64,000 nt of DNA, taken from the NCBI GenBank assembly GCA_965228735.1, contig OZ245838.1, positions 4,480,001-4,544,000 of the forward strand. Reading direction: 5' to 3'. This stretch comes from Planctomycetota bacterium. GTDB lineage: Bacteria; Planctomycetota; UBA1135; UBA2386. The translations under genes were made by a program, and so were the position numbers. Numbering within the stretch: the first letter of the stretch is position 1; each line of letters opens with the position of its first letter. The notes below the pieces were generated by a model, which was given only the letters and a program-made list of their open reading frames with translations, was not told the DNA's origin and searched no databases. Shown here piece after piece: positions 28,847 through 38,694 of this stretch.

Positions 28847-30225
28847 CGCAGTTCGATCCGGTCGCGCTTGCTCGGCACGTGCACCTCGCGGAAGCCGGCG
28901 TCGAGCAGGCGCTGCGCGTGCGCTTCGGCCGGCTCGTCCTCGCCGTGCACCACGAACACCTGTTTACAACGGTCGACGAGGTGGCGCGACGCTTGCATGA
29001 GCTCGCTGTAGTCGGCGTGGGCCGAGAACCCGCCCATCGACCGCACCTTGCAGCGCACGGGGTACTCCTCGCCGTAGATCCGGACGGTGTCCGCGCCGTC
29101 GCGGAGCTTGCGACCCAGCGTGCCGTGCGCCTGGAACCCCACCATCAGGACGCAGTCCTCGCGGCGCCCCACCGTGTTGCGCAGGTGATGCAGGATCCGG
29201 CCCGACTCGCACATCCCGGACGCCGACAGGATGACGCCGCTGCGTTGACCGTTGAGCGACTTGCTCTCCTGCACGTCCGCGACGTAGCGCACGCCGTCGA
29301 AGAAGAACGGGCTGTGGCCCTTCTCGAGCAGCGCCTTCGTCTCGTCGTCGAAGAGCCCGGGATGCCGCGCCATGATCTTCGTCGCGTTCGTGCTCATCGG
29401 CGAGTCGACGAAGATCGGGATCTGCGGCAGCTGGCGCTCGTGCATGAGCTGACCGAGGAAGAGCACGACGGACTGCGTGCGCCCGACGGAGAACGCGGGG
29501 ATGACGATGCGGCCACCGTCGCGCATCTCTTCTTCGACGATCCCCGCGAGCTCCGTCATCATCGCCGGGCGCGCGTCGTGCAGACGGTCGCCGTACGTCG
29601 ATTCGGTGATCAGCGCATCGCATTCCGGGATGCGGTCGGGATCGCGCAGGATCGGCAGATCCTTGCGGCCGTGATCGCCCGTGAACACGATGCGCCGTTG
29701 CCGGTTCGCAGCGTCGACGTCGAGGACGACGATCGCGGCCCCCAGGATATGGCCGGCGTCGATGAACTCGACGCGCACCTGCGGGTCGATCGTGAACGAC
29801 TCGTAGTACGGTTTCGGCCGCAGGAGTCGCAGCGTGCGCTCGACGTCGTCCGCGGTGTAGAGCGGCTCGTAGTCGTGGCCACGCTTCCGCAGATGCCGCG
29901 CGTCCTGCGCCTGGATGTGCGCCGAATCGAACAGCATCATCCGCAACATGTCGGCGGTCGCGTCCGTGCACCAGATCGGCCCGTCGAAGCCCTCCTTCAC
30001 GAGCTTCGGCAGACAACCCGAGTGATCGATGTGCGCGTGGCTCAGCACGACCGCGTCGATCGACCCGGGATCGAACGGCAGATTCCGGTTCTGTTCCTCC
30101 GCGACGCGCCGCGGCCCCTGAACGAGTCCGCAGTCCAGCAGGACGCGTTTGTCGCCGACCTCGACGAGGTGCTTGCTGCCGGTGACGTGCCGTGCCGCGC
30201 CGAGGAACCGGATGGCGATCGTCAT
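28843..30225 (-). CDS. MBL-fold beta-CASP metallo-hydrolase (RNase-like)
   Basis: SHAHIDHSG, AGHILG, ESTYGDR, PAFSVGRTQ, SASGM, FSAHAD. Confidence 0.95.
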   Translation of the reverse strand: MTIAIRFLGAARHVTGSKHLVEVGDKRVLLDCGLVQGPRRVAEEQNRNLPFDPGSIDAVVLSHAHIDHSGCLPKLVKEGFDGPIWCTDATADMLRMMLFDSAHIQAQDARHLRKRGHDYEPLYTADDVERTLRLLRPKPYYESFTIDPQVRVEFIDAGHILGAAIVVLDVDAANRQRRIVFTGDHGRKDLPILRDPDRIPECDALITESTYGDRLHDARPAMMTELAGIVEEEMRDGGRIVIPAFSVGRTQSVVLFLGQLMHERQLPQIPIFVDSPMSTNATKIMARHPGLFDDETKALLEKGHSPFFFDGVRYVADVQESKSLNGQRSGVILSASGMCESGRILHHLRNTVGRREDCVLMVGFQAHGTLGRKLRDGADTVRIYGEEYPVRCKVRSMGGFSAHADYSELMQASRHLVDRCKQVFVVHGEDEPAEAHAQRLLDAGFREVHVPSKRDRIELR

Positions 30226-30231
30226 CGTGGT

Positions 30232-30543
30232 CTACAAGCGCACGACGACGGTGCGCGAGGTCGACAGCAGCGGCAGCAGGAGCGGCGCGAGCAGAACGTC
30301 GTAGAACCCGTAGCTCGTTTCGATGCTGTAGCTCGTGAGGTTCCCGGCCATCCGTCGCGCATCGACCTCGTTGAACTGCACGAACCCGAACAGCCAGTAG
30401 TACTGCCGTTCGACGACGACCTCCGAACCGGTCGCCCCGAGACCGACGTTGTGGGTGTGGGTCACGCACCCGGAAGCGCCCGTCGTCGCCACGACGGCCA
30501 GCAGGAGACCGAGAGTCCGCAGACCCGAGATGAGCGTTCGCAC
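30232..30543 (-). CDS. Bor/Iss-like small lipoprotein
   Basis: Lipobox-like ASGC, then HTHNVGLGA..QYYWLFG...SRTVVV; start uncertain (GTG 30543 or TTG 30579). Confidence 0.7.
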   Translation of the reverse strand: MRTLISGLRTLGLLLAVVATTGASGCVTHTHNVGLGATGSEVVVERQYYWLFGFVQFNEVDARRMAGNLTSYSIETSYGFYDVLLAPLLLPLLSTSRTVVVRL

Positions 30544-30581
30544 GACGCCCGGAGTACCGTGCCGCGCCGCGCGCGCCAACC

Positions 30582-32930
30582 TCAGGACCGGATTTCCTGC
30601 AGCGCTGCCCCGAGCGCGCGCAGCGCCATGTCGATGTCACCCTCGGTCAACACCATGGGCGGCTTGATCTTGAGCACGTTGTCGAACGGTCCGTCGGTGC
30701 TCAGCAGAACGCCGTTGTGCCGCACTCGGTTGACGATCGCCCTCGCCACTGCGGGCGCCGGTTCGCGACTCTCCCGATCCGCCACGATCTCGACGCCGAG
30801 GAACAGGCCGACACCGCGCACGTCCCCGATCACGGCATGCTCCCGCTGCAGCTCCTGCAACCCACGCATGAACCGTTCGCCGAGCCTGGCCGCGCGATCG
30901 ATGAGGCGCTCGTCCTCGATCACGTCGAGCACGGCGTTGCCGATCGCGCACGACACGGGATTGCCGCCGAACGTCGCGAAGAACTCCATCCCGTTCGCGA
31001 ACGACCGCGCGATCGCCCGCGTCGTGACCACGGCTGCCATCGGGTGGCCGTTGCCGATCGGCTTGCCGAGCACGACGACCTCGGGAACGACGTCCTGCAG
31101 TTCGAACGCCCAGTAGCCGCGGCCCGTGCGCCCGAACCCGACCTGCACCTCGTCCGCGATGCAGATGCCGCCGTGCTCACGAACGTGCTCGTAGGCGCGC
31201 TCGAGATAGCCCGGCGGCGGCACGAGCTGACCGCCGCACGACAGGAGTGACTCGCAGAGGAGGCCGGCGATCGGCCGTTCGCTCGCGGCGATCACGCGCC
31301 CGATCGCGTCGCCGTAGGCCTGCCCCGCGGCGCGGTCGTTGGTGCGGTGCGGGCCGCGATAGACGTCGGGGTTGGGCGCGACGTGCACCCAGGGCTCGGG
31401 CTCACCGGTGCCGCCCTTGCCCATGAACTTGTACGGGCTCAACGCGATCAACGCCGACGTGTGGCCGTGATACGCGCTGTCGAGGACGATCATGTCACGC
31501 CGGCCCGTGTGGGCCCGCGCGAGCCGCAGCGCGAGCTCGTTCGCCTCGCTGCCCGAGTTCACGAGGAAGCAGGTATCGAGCTCGTCCGGCAGCGTCGCAC
31601 ACAGACGCTCCGCGTAGTCCGTGAGCGCGCGGTAGAGGTAGCGCGTGTTGGTGTTGAGTTGCGCCATCTGCCGCTGCCCCGCAGCGACGACGTGCGGATG
31701 GCAATGACCGACGTGGCAGACGTTGTTGACGAGGTCGAGGTGCGGCCGACCATGCTCGTCGATCAGATACTGACCGCGGCCGCGCACGACCTGCAGCGGT
31801 TCGTCATAGGCGACCGACAACGCCGGGTTGACGTGCCGCCGGCGGCGCGCGAGGAGGTCGTCCTTCGACGGCGCCGACGCCGACCGTTCGCCGTCGCGGC
31901 CGGATCCGACCGCGTCGGCGAACGCGCGCGACCCGGCTGCGGGCGACAGCGCCGACAGCTCGTCCAGGGCCGCCACTGCCGGCGCCTCCGAGACGAACCA
32001 GGTCACGCGTTCGGGATCGATCCGCCGGCGGGCTTCGCACATGCACAACGTCACGGCGAGCCGCGCGAGCACGAGGGGGAAGAGGACGTCGAGTTCCGCG
32101 GCCGACAGTTCGCGCTCGCCGTGATAGCTCGCAACGACGGTCGCCGCTGCGGCCAGACGTTCGCCGGCCGGCGCGTGCTGCACGACGTACGACAACGCGA
32201 TCGCGAGGTCACAGACGAACGGGTTCTCGAGCGCGTCGCCGAAGTCGAGCAGGCCGACCACCCGTTCGTCGTCGACCAGCACGTTCTCGTCGTTCACGTC
32301 ACCGTGGACCAACCCTGCGGGCAGCTCATCGAGGCCTCTGCAATGGGCCTGGAACGACTGGAACGCCCGATCGAGCTGGTCGCGGCGTCGGGGATCGGCG
32401 ACCGCTGCGACCTCGCCCCAGTGCTGCGTGGCGGCCGTGAGATCCCAGGCATGCGTGCGGGCCGCGGCACGACCGGGCACACCCGCGAACACGCGCGGCA
32501 GCTGGCCGAGCAGTCGACCGAGGTCGCGCAGCAGTTCGGGCCCACGAGTCTGGGCGGCGCCGAATGCCGTGCCGTCGACGAACTCGAGCAGCCGCCCGGT
32601 GCGACCGTCACGCAACGTCACGAACTGCGTGCCGGCCGTCGTGCGGCGACCGAGCGGCACGCCGAAGCCGGGCCGCGCCGCGAGCAGCTCGGCGGCCGCG
32701 GCAGCTTCCACCTCGGCCATGCCGGGCACGGCATCCTGCTCGAGCTTGAGCACCCATCGCGCGGTCCGCTCGGCCGCGGCCTCAGCGGCGGCCGGCCTGG
32801 GCAGCGCGACGAGGTAGTTCTCGTTCTCGCCCGGCAGCCGGCTCAGCTCGACGTCGGCCGGCAAACCGTAGTCCGCGACGAGGATGTCACGCACGGCGCT
32901 GAGGCGATCGCTGTCGGCGGGATCCGGCAT
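30582..32930 (-). CDS. APH-like kinase fused to class-III aminotransferase fold (hydroxylysine kinase/phospho-lyase-like)
   Basis: N-terminal HGDVNDENV, LLDFGD; C-terminal NNVCHVGHCHP, VNSGSEANELALR, IADEVQVGFGR, LGKPIGNG, TFGGNP. Confidence 0.9.
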   Translation of the reverse strand: MPDPADSDRLSAVRDILVADYGLPADVELSRLPGENENYLVALPRPAAAEAAAERTARWVLKLEQDAVPGMAEVEAAAAAELLAARPGFGVPLGRRTTAGTQFVTLRDGRTGRLLEFVDGTAFGAAQTRGPELLRDLGRLLGQLPRVFAGVPGRAAARTHAWDLTAATQHWGEVAAVADPRRRDQLDRAFQSFQAHCRGLDELPAGLVHGDVNDENVLVDDERVVGLLDFGDALENPFVCDLAIALSYVVQHAPAGERLAAAATVVASYHGERELSAAELDVLFPLVLARLAVTLCMCEARRRIDPERVTWFVSEAPAVAALDELSALSPAAGSRAFADAVGSGRDGERSASAPSKDDLLARRRRHVNPALSVAYDEPLQVVRGRGQYLIDEHGRPHLDLVNNVCHVGHCHPHVVAAGQRQMAQLNTNTRYLYRALTDYAERLCATLPDELDTCFLVNSGSEANELALRLARAHTGRRDMIVLDSAYHGHTSALIALSPYKFMGKGGTGEPEPWVHVAPNPDVYRGPHRTNDRAAGQAYGDAIGRVIAASERPIAGLLCESLLSCGGQLVPPPGYLERAYEHVREHGGICIADEVQVGFGRTGRGYWAFELQDVVPEVVVLGKPIGNGHPMAAVVTTRAIARSFANGMEFFATFGGNPVSCAIGNAVLDVIEDERLIDRAARLGERFMRGLQELQREHAVIGDVRGVGLFLGVEIVADRESREPAPAVARAIVNRVRHNGVLLSTDGPFDNVLKIKPPMVLTEGDIDMALRALGAALQEIRS

Positions 32931-33001
32931 CGCGCGCGCAGCCTACGACGCGACGCTGCCGCGGCAACCCGATCACCGCCGGATCCGTGATCCGGTCGGC
33001 C

Positions 33002-34072
33002 TCAGTCCCGGCGCGCACCGAGCCGTCGCCACCGCAACGCCCGCCCGCCCGGCGGCGCCACATCGAGCGACGCTTCGGGCTCGTCGCCGCCCGCGAACAG
33101 CTCGGGCGGCGCCGGCGGGCCGAGGAAACCCGGGGGCAGTCCGCTGAACTCGTGCGGGTGCGTCGCCTCCCGCAGCTCCATCGCAGCCTTGAGCCGGCGC
33201 GCGCGCCGCCGCCGCCGAATCACCGCGACGAAGAACACCGGCAGCGCGAGCACCAGCAGCGACGAGAAGCAGTTGCCGAACAGCACGCGCCACCACGCAC
33301 CCGAGCCGTAGACGAGGTATCGCTTCCAGGCGTCCTCGAGCTCGAGGGTCGTGCGCCCGGTCTGTTCCACGAGCACGTGTTCGAAGCTCAGGTCGTCGGT
33401 CGTATCCGCGGCGACCCGCACGACGAGCTCGAGGCCGAAGTGGCGCACGAGCCACGACACGTAGCTGTAGCTCTGCGCGTAGGCGACGCGAACCTGCTCC
33501 TCGGCGATCGGGAACGCGCCGCGAATCCGCGAGAAGCTGTGCAGGCCGCCGAGGTCGACGCGCCAGACGATGTCCTCCTCGCGCGCACCGAGGTAGGTGT
33601 CACCCGCGAGGTGCTGCGCGAGACCCTCGTGGAACCAGCGCGGGATCTCGCGGCCGTGCGGCGCGACGTGCTGATCGAGCAGTTCGTGCACGAGCTCGTG
33701 CGCGACGACACCATCGAGTCTGGCGTCGCTGCGGCGCACGTTCTCGAGCACGAGATGGATCTGGTGACGACCGAGCAGCGCGAAACCCGGGGCGCCGGGA
33801 TGCCGGATCGTTCGCAACGAGTCCGGCATCGAGCCTTCGCGTTCGTGCACGAACACGGCGAACGGCCGCGGCGAAAGGTCGGGGAAGTGGACCGCCAGCG
33901 CGGGCAGATGCGTTGCGACGAGCGCCTCCACGAGCGTGAGCGTCGCGGGCGCGACCTCGCCGCTGCCGACCCGGACCACGAACGGTGCAGGCTCCTGCTC
34001 TGGCGAACGGTCGCCCTGGGGCGCGGCCCACGCCGGCCCGGCCAGGACCAACGCCCACAGAATCCAGATCAC
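33002..34072 (-). CDS. Peptidase MA-like (gluzincin) protein with C-terminal TM
   Basis: HELVH ... PRWFHEGLAQ, AYAQS; start uncertain (GTG 34072 vs ATG 34141). Confidence 0.8.
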   Translation of the reverse strand: MIWILWALVLAGPAWAAPQGDRSPEQEPAPFVVRVGSGEVAPATLTLVEALVATHLPALAVHFPDLSPRPFAVFVHEREGSMPDSLRTIRHPGAPGFALLGRHQIHLVLENVRRSDARLDGVVAHELVHELLDQHVAPHGREIPRWFHEGLAQHLAGDTYLGAREEDIVWRVDLGGLHSFSRIRGAFPIAEEQVRVAYAQSYSYVSWLVRHFGLELVVRVAADTTDDLSFEHVLVEQTGRTTLELEDAWKRYLVYGSGAWWRVLFGNCFSSLLVLALPVFFVAVIRRRRRARRLKAAMELREATHPHEFSGLPPGFLGPPAPPELFAGGDEPEASLDVAPPGGRALRWRRLGARRD

Positions 34073-34155
34073 ACGCAAGAATCCGACGATCGACCCGTCA
34101 TAGTCCCCGGAGCCCGGCGGCAGAACCCGGGCTTTCTTCATTCGGAGTTCGTCGC

Positions 34156-34521
34156 ATGAAACTGCATACGAAGCTGTTGCTCGCCGTCCCCGTCGTCGCC
34201 GCCCTCGCGATGGTCCCGCAGGGCCAGGGCCCCGGGAACCCCACCCTGACCGAAAACCAACACGTGCTGCCGATCTCGGAGCTGCAGTACGTCGACCTGC
34301 AGGGCAAGAAGGTCGCCATCAGCGCCCGCAACGTCGTCGAGATCCGGCTGCTCGAGGACATCACGGAGACGATCCGCCTCGAGTTGTTCTACGACAACGG
34401 CGACTTCTCGCTGATCGATGCGCAGGCGTTCCACCTGCTGCGCAACGGCGCGACGACGCGCGAGGTCAAACTCGTCCGCGGTCAGGTTTCGGGCATGCGC
34501 TTCCCCAAGGGCATTCGCTGA
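34156..34521 (+). CDS. Small secreted hypothetical protein
   Basis: SD GGAG; MKLHTKLLLAVPVVAALAM signal; genome-typical codon usage. Confidence 0.75.
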   Translation: MKLHTKLLLAVPVVAALAMVPQGQGPGNPTLTENQHVLPISELQYVDLQGKKVAISARNVVEIRLLEDITETIRLELFYDNGDFSLIDAQAFHLLRNGATTREVKLVRGQVSGMRFPKGIR

Positions 34522-34635
34522 GTCGAGCCGTCGCTCGCGGCGCCGGCACGCAGGCGCCATGCCATCGCGGTCTCGACCCGGATCCGTCGCGCCCTTCATC
34601 GGAGGCGGCGCGAGTGCCGAAAAACCGGGCAGGGA

Positions 34636-36225
34636 ATGACCGCACTCGCACCAACACCGGACCAGCACGTTCTGACGCGGGCCGACCTCGCCGCGCTGGC
34701 GATTCCCGCCGACGAAGTCGTGCAGTGGTTGCGTGACGGCGGCCTCCGCGAGCTCGGCAGCATCGCGCTCGCGGCTGGCGAGCAGCCGGTGTTCGGCGTG
34801 TGCGATCCCGACCTCGAACAGGACCTGCGCGTTCGGCTCGCGACCCTCGGCAAGACCGACGTGGCGCTCGACCCGAACCGGGCCCGCAACGCCCTCGTGC
34901 AGGGCACGATGGCCGCGCGGGGCTGGGTCGCCCCCATCGAGCCCGACGTCCAACCGGCGGGCGAAGCCGAACCGTTGGCGGCGGCGGACGCCCCGCTCGC
35001 CGAGGATGGTCCGGTCCACGTGATCGAGGCCGAGCCCCGCGAGCCCGAGCAACGAGATCTCGAGCTGGCCGAGGCCGAGTTCGAAGCGCTCGCGGAGATC
35101 TACGAGTCCGCGCCGACCGATGACCCGCCGTCGGCCGAGGACTTCGGCGACGACCTCATCGACGCGGACGCGCTGCTCGCGGCGCTGAACGGCACGGAGC
35201 CCGACGCCGCTGACACTGCCTTCGGACCCGCCGAGACCGAACCTCCCGCGTCGAACGACGCGGACGGCTCGGATGCGGCCGGTTCGGTGGAACAGGAGCA
35301 CCCGCAGGAGGAGAGCCTGCCGGAGGAAACCATGCCCGCAGAGGCCAACGTCGCAGAAGCGCCAGTCCCAGTAACCCCGGTCGCAGAGGCCCCGGTCGCA
35401 GAAACCCCGGTCGCAGAGGCCCCGGTCGCAGAGACCCCGGCCCCAGCGGTCCCGGCCCCGGAAGTCCCGGTCGAGGAGAGCGTGATCGACACCGAGGTAT
35501 CGTCGACCGACGTCGAGACCCCGGGCGAAGCACCACTGGTCGAAGCAGCGCCCGCGACCACGGTCGAAGAAGCCCCTGCGGATGCCCCGGCGGCAGCAGC
35601 CGCACCCGAACCGGTCGCTGTCGATGAAGCCACCGTCGACGAAGCCACTGTCGACGAAGCCACTGTCGACGAAACCACTGTCGAGAGCGCTGTCCCCGAA
35701 GCGGCGCCGCCGGCGGATCCGACGCCGGACGTCGCCGAGCCCACCAACATTCTGTTCGGGTCCGAAGCCGCCGCCCCGGCATTCGATGCGGCAGCGCCAG
35801 CACCACCTGCCGAAGCCGCGATGGCCACGATGGAGCGCGTCGAGGGCTTCCTCGGTGAGCTGCGGCATACGCTCGTCGAGATCGCGCAGCGCCCGGCGGG
35901 CGACGACAAGCCGGGTTTCGACATCGAGCCGCTCGTGGCGGCCGTCGGCGAGTTCGGTGAGCGCGTGGAGCACGGCGTCGCGGTCGGCGTGCACGCGGCC
36001 ATGATGAGCCGCGACTGCGCGCAGCAGCTGAGCCAGCCCGCTCCCGCGCCGTTCGAGCAGCCGACCTCGAACGGTCGCGAGATCGTGATGCTGAGCGTCG
36101 CGTTCCTCGTGCTGTGCTGGTCCGGGATCCTGTGGTTCAAGACCGGGAATGCCACGCTCGCCATCAGCACGCTCGTCGGTGCGAACGTGATCGCCTGCTG
36201 CCTGCTCGCGCGCCGCCGCGCCTGA
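34636..36225 (+). CDS. Acidic, largely disordered protein with two C-terminal TM helices
   Basis: Short folded-looking N-terminus, A/E/P/D-rich middle with pentapeptide repeats, hydrophobic C-terminal hairpin ending ARRRA. Confidence 0.75.
   Translation: MTALAPTPDQHVLTRADLAALAIPADEVVQWLRDGGLRELGSIALAAGEQPVFGVCDPDLEQDLRVRLATLGKTDVALDPNRARNALVQGTMAARGWVAPIEPDVQPAGEAEPLAAADAPLAEDGPVHVIEAEPREPEQRDLELAEAEFEALAEIYESAPTDDPPSAEDFGDDLIDADALLAALNGTEPDAADTAFGPAETEPPASNDADGSDAAGSVEQEHPQEESLPEETMPAEANVAEAPVPVTPVAEAPVAETPVAEAPVAETPAPAVPAPEVPVEESVIDTEVSSTDVETPGEAPLVEAAPATTVEEAPADAPAAAAAPEPVAVDEATVDEATVDEATVDETTVESAVPEAAPPADPTPDVAEPTNILFGSEAAAPAFDAAAPAPPAEAAMATMERVEGFLGELRHTLVEIAQRPAGDDKPGFDIEPLVAAVGEFGERVEHGVAVGVHAAMMSRDCAQQLSQPAPAPFEQPTSNGREIVMLSVAFLVLCWSGILWFKTGNATLAISTLVGANVIACCLLARRRA
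35374..35440 (+). repeat. 15-bp coding tandem repeat (PVAE[A/T]) x4
   Basis: Repeated ccccggtcgcaga(g/a)(g/a) units. Confidence 0.9.
35620..35685 (+). repeat. 15-bp coding tandem repeat (VDEAT) x4
   Basis: Repeated gtcgacgaagccact-like units. Confidence 0.9.
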
Positions 36226-36252
36226 CGACGACGGCTGCGGCTGCGGCTGCGG

Positions 36253-38694
36253 CTACTTCGACCGTTCGCGCGGACTCGGCGTCAGCAGGTTGGCCAGCAA
36301 CCGCACGGCGCCGGGGTGGAGCTTCTTGAGCTGACGCCACAGCGCGAGCGCGCAGTACACGTACTCGCCTTCACCGGTCTTGGCGTACAGCAGCGCGCCG
36401 CGCTCGGGCTCTTCACCCGGGTCGTGGATCTCGACGACCTCCTCGAAGCGCGGCGAGTAGACCCGCGGCAGGTAGAGCGCGCGTTCTTGCCCCCAACCGT
36501 CCCAGTCCGCGGGCGCGATGACGTTGGGGTAGTTGAGTAACACGTGGTCCGGCACGAGCACCCTCACCGGCGCGTCCGCGCGCGTCACGCGGGCGGTGCC
36601 GATCTGGAACGGCGCGTAGGGTGCGCCGATGAAGCCCTCACCCACCGGATGGAACTCGTTCTGCTTGTGATAGAAGACGACGAGCCGGCGGCCGGCGCCG
36701 GCCGCGAACTCGAGCAGGCTGCGAAAGCCCCGGCGCGCCCCCCGGCGGTCGCGCAGGGCCCGCACGTCGACGACGATCGTGTCGAAGCGCGACAGTTCGC
36801 CGGCGAGGATGTCGGCATCGCTGAGCTCGGACCACAACAGACCGAGGCCGGTGACGCCGAGGATGCCGGGCAACGTGTTGTCGCTGCTGCGCAGGACGCC
36901 GACGCGAAGATCTGCCGGCACTTCGACGTCGACCTTGTGGATCGGCAACGCGACCCGCGTGCCGGCGAGCGAGATCCCGAGCACGTCGACACCCGGCCGC
37001 CGCCCTTCGCCGGCGCGCACCTCGAAGCGGAAGCGATCACCGGTGTGTTCGCGCAAGGACACGGGCCGCAGGTGCTGATCGATCGCGTAACCCGCGCGCG
37101 CCCGCACCTCGAGCGGCCCTTCGACGGGGAAGTGCGTGTTGCGCACGACCTCGACCGAGAACTGCAGCTCGCGGCGCGATCTCGGCAGCAGCAAGATGCG
37201 CGGCACGACCGCGAGCTCGACTGGCGCGCGTTCCTCGATCGGCACGGTCATGGTCACGGGCACGGCAACGCCGTCGAGGTCGACGATGAACCGGAGTCGC
37301 ACGGGCGGGATGAACCGATCCGCGCGGAACCGCGGCCCCATCGGGTCGGAGCTCGAACCCGCTTCGAGCGGCAGGCGCACGGCCGCGTCGAGGCGCAGCG
37401 TGCCCACGGTCGCGATGTTCGGTGGACTCGCGTCGTTCGTCGCGAGGGTCACGCGCACCCCGTCGAGGCCCTCCGCCCGAATCGCGACGGGCCGCGGCTC
37501 GGCGACGTGCAGGCGCACGCCGATGTGGAACTCCTCGCCGGCGATCGCGAACGTGCGCGGCGGGACGTCGAGCCCGACCTTGACGCCGGACATCAACAGC
37601 AGGAGCCGTTCGAGCGCTTCGATGCGCCGCGCGAACCGGCGCCGCAGATCCTCGTGTCCCCCCCCGGTGATGCCGTCCCGCACCGCGCGCAACTCGAGCA
37701 ATGCCGCGATCACCGCTTCGCGACCGGCAGTGCCGGCGCGCACGTCTTCGCGCAAGAACCGCTGCAGCGGCTCCCGCCGCGCCGGATCGCCGGGCCAGAG
37801 AGCGCTGTCGAACAGGCTCGGGAGGCGGGCGAACGGGAAACCGTCCGCGCGTTCGGGCACGCGCAGTTCGAACCGCAGCATCGGCAGGAACAGCTCTTCG
37901 AGCGGCGTCGGCTCACCCGGACTCTTGTGCGCGGTGCGCAGGATCTCGCGCGCGAGATGGCGGAACGACGCGCCGCGCACGGGTTCGAGGCGATCCATCG
38001 GCAACGCGATCGCAGCCGGCGAATCGGTGTTCGCCCCGAGCGCGAAGATGCGCGGCTCGTGCGGCGGCAACGGCGAGGCGAAGTCGGGGTCGGCGGCGAG
38101 CGGCACGGCGGTCTCGAGCAGTTCGACCAGCGCGACGTCGTGACCGTGCTTCTCGGCCGCGTGGTGCGTGCTCAGGATCGCATCGGGCCGGATCGTGCGC
38201 AGCAGCCGCACGAGATCGGCGACCGTCTCCGTGCGCCCCCATTCGCCGAACGTCGCCTCCGCCGTGCGACAGTAGCCGCCGTCCGGGCGATTGAGGTACC
38301 AGACCTCGCCGTCGAAGTGCGAACACCCCGCCTCCGTCTCGAGCGTGCGGATGCGATCCAGCGCGTCACCGCTCTCGGGTCCCGTGCTGTTCTGCCCGCC
38401 GCCACCGCGCGTCGCGAGCAACACGGCCACGCGGATGCCGTGCTCGTAGCGCAGCCAGACCGCGGGCAACACGTAGCGGTCGTCGGGGTGCGAAGCGACG
38501 ACGAGCACGAGCGCATCACTGCCCGCATCGAGCCGCGCCTGATGCAGGTCGACGATGCCGGCGGGCGACTCCCCCACCGTCTCGCGCCAGCTCTGGCCAG
38601 CCAGTCGGTCGGCGCCCGCGACGCCGGCCGCGAGTGCGAGCAACGCGACGCACCGAGGCCTCATGCGCGTCGTCGATCGCGCGCGCCGACTCAT
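36253..38694 (-). CDS. Secreted PIG-L/LmbE family deacetylase with C-terminal GATase-like domain
   Basis: SHPDD, TRGGGGQN..GPE..DAL..IRT.E, IRPD, HGHD; C-terminal DWDGW.QERALY...GAVRLLANLL. Confidence 0.85.
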   Translation of the reverse strand: MSRRARSTTRMRPRCVALLALAAGVAGADRLAGQSWRETVGESPAGIVDLHQARLDAGSDALVLVVASHPDDRYVLPAVWLRYEHGIRVAVLLATRGGGGQNSTGPESGDALDRIRTLETEAGCSHFDGEVWYLNRPDGGYCRTAEATFGEWGRTETVADLVRLLRTIRPDAILSTHHAAEKHGHDVALVELLETAVPLAADPDFASPLPPHEPRIFALGANTDSPAAIALPMDRLEPVRGASFRHLAREILRTAHKSPGEPTPLEELFLPMLRFELRVPERADGFPFARLPSLFDSALWPGDPARREPLQRFLREDVRAGTAGREAVIAALLELRAVRDGITGGGHEDLRRRFARRIEALERLLLLMSGVKVGLDVPPRTFAIAGEEFHIGVRLHVAEPRPVAIRAEGLDGVRVTLATNDASPPNIATVGTLRLDAAVRLPLEAGSSSDPMGPRFRADRFIPPVRLRFIVDLDGVAVPVTMTVPIEERAPVELAVVPRILLLPRSRRELQFSVEVVRNTHFPVEGPLEVRARAGYAIDQHLRPVSLREHTGDRFRFEVRAGEGRRPGVDVLGISLAGTRVALPIHKVDVEVPADLRVGVLRSSDNTLPGILGVTGLGLLWSELSDADILAGELSRFDTIVVDVRALRDRRGARRGFRSLLEFAAGAGRRLVVFYHKQNEFHPVGEGFIGAPYAPFQIGTARVTRADAPVRVLVPDHVLLNYPNVIAPADWDGWGQERALYLPRVYSPRFEEVVEIHDPGEEPERGALLYAKTGEGEYVYCALALWRQLKKLHPGAVRLLANLLTPSPRERSK

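Noticed and set aside
34519..34636. UGA followed by an open in-frame stretch into the next gene
   Set aside because: The intervening 38 codons are Arg-rich with atypical usage, and both genes look complete; likely chance.
36232..36255. (CGGCTG)x3 microsatellite between convergent stops
   Set aside because: Real but very short; most simply replication slippage, with no evidence of function.
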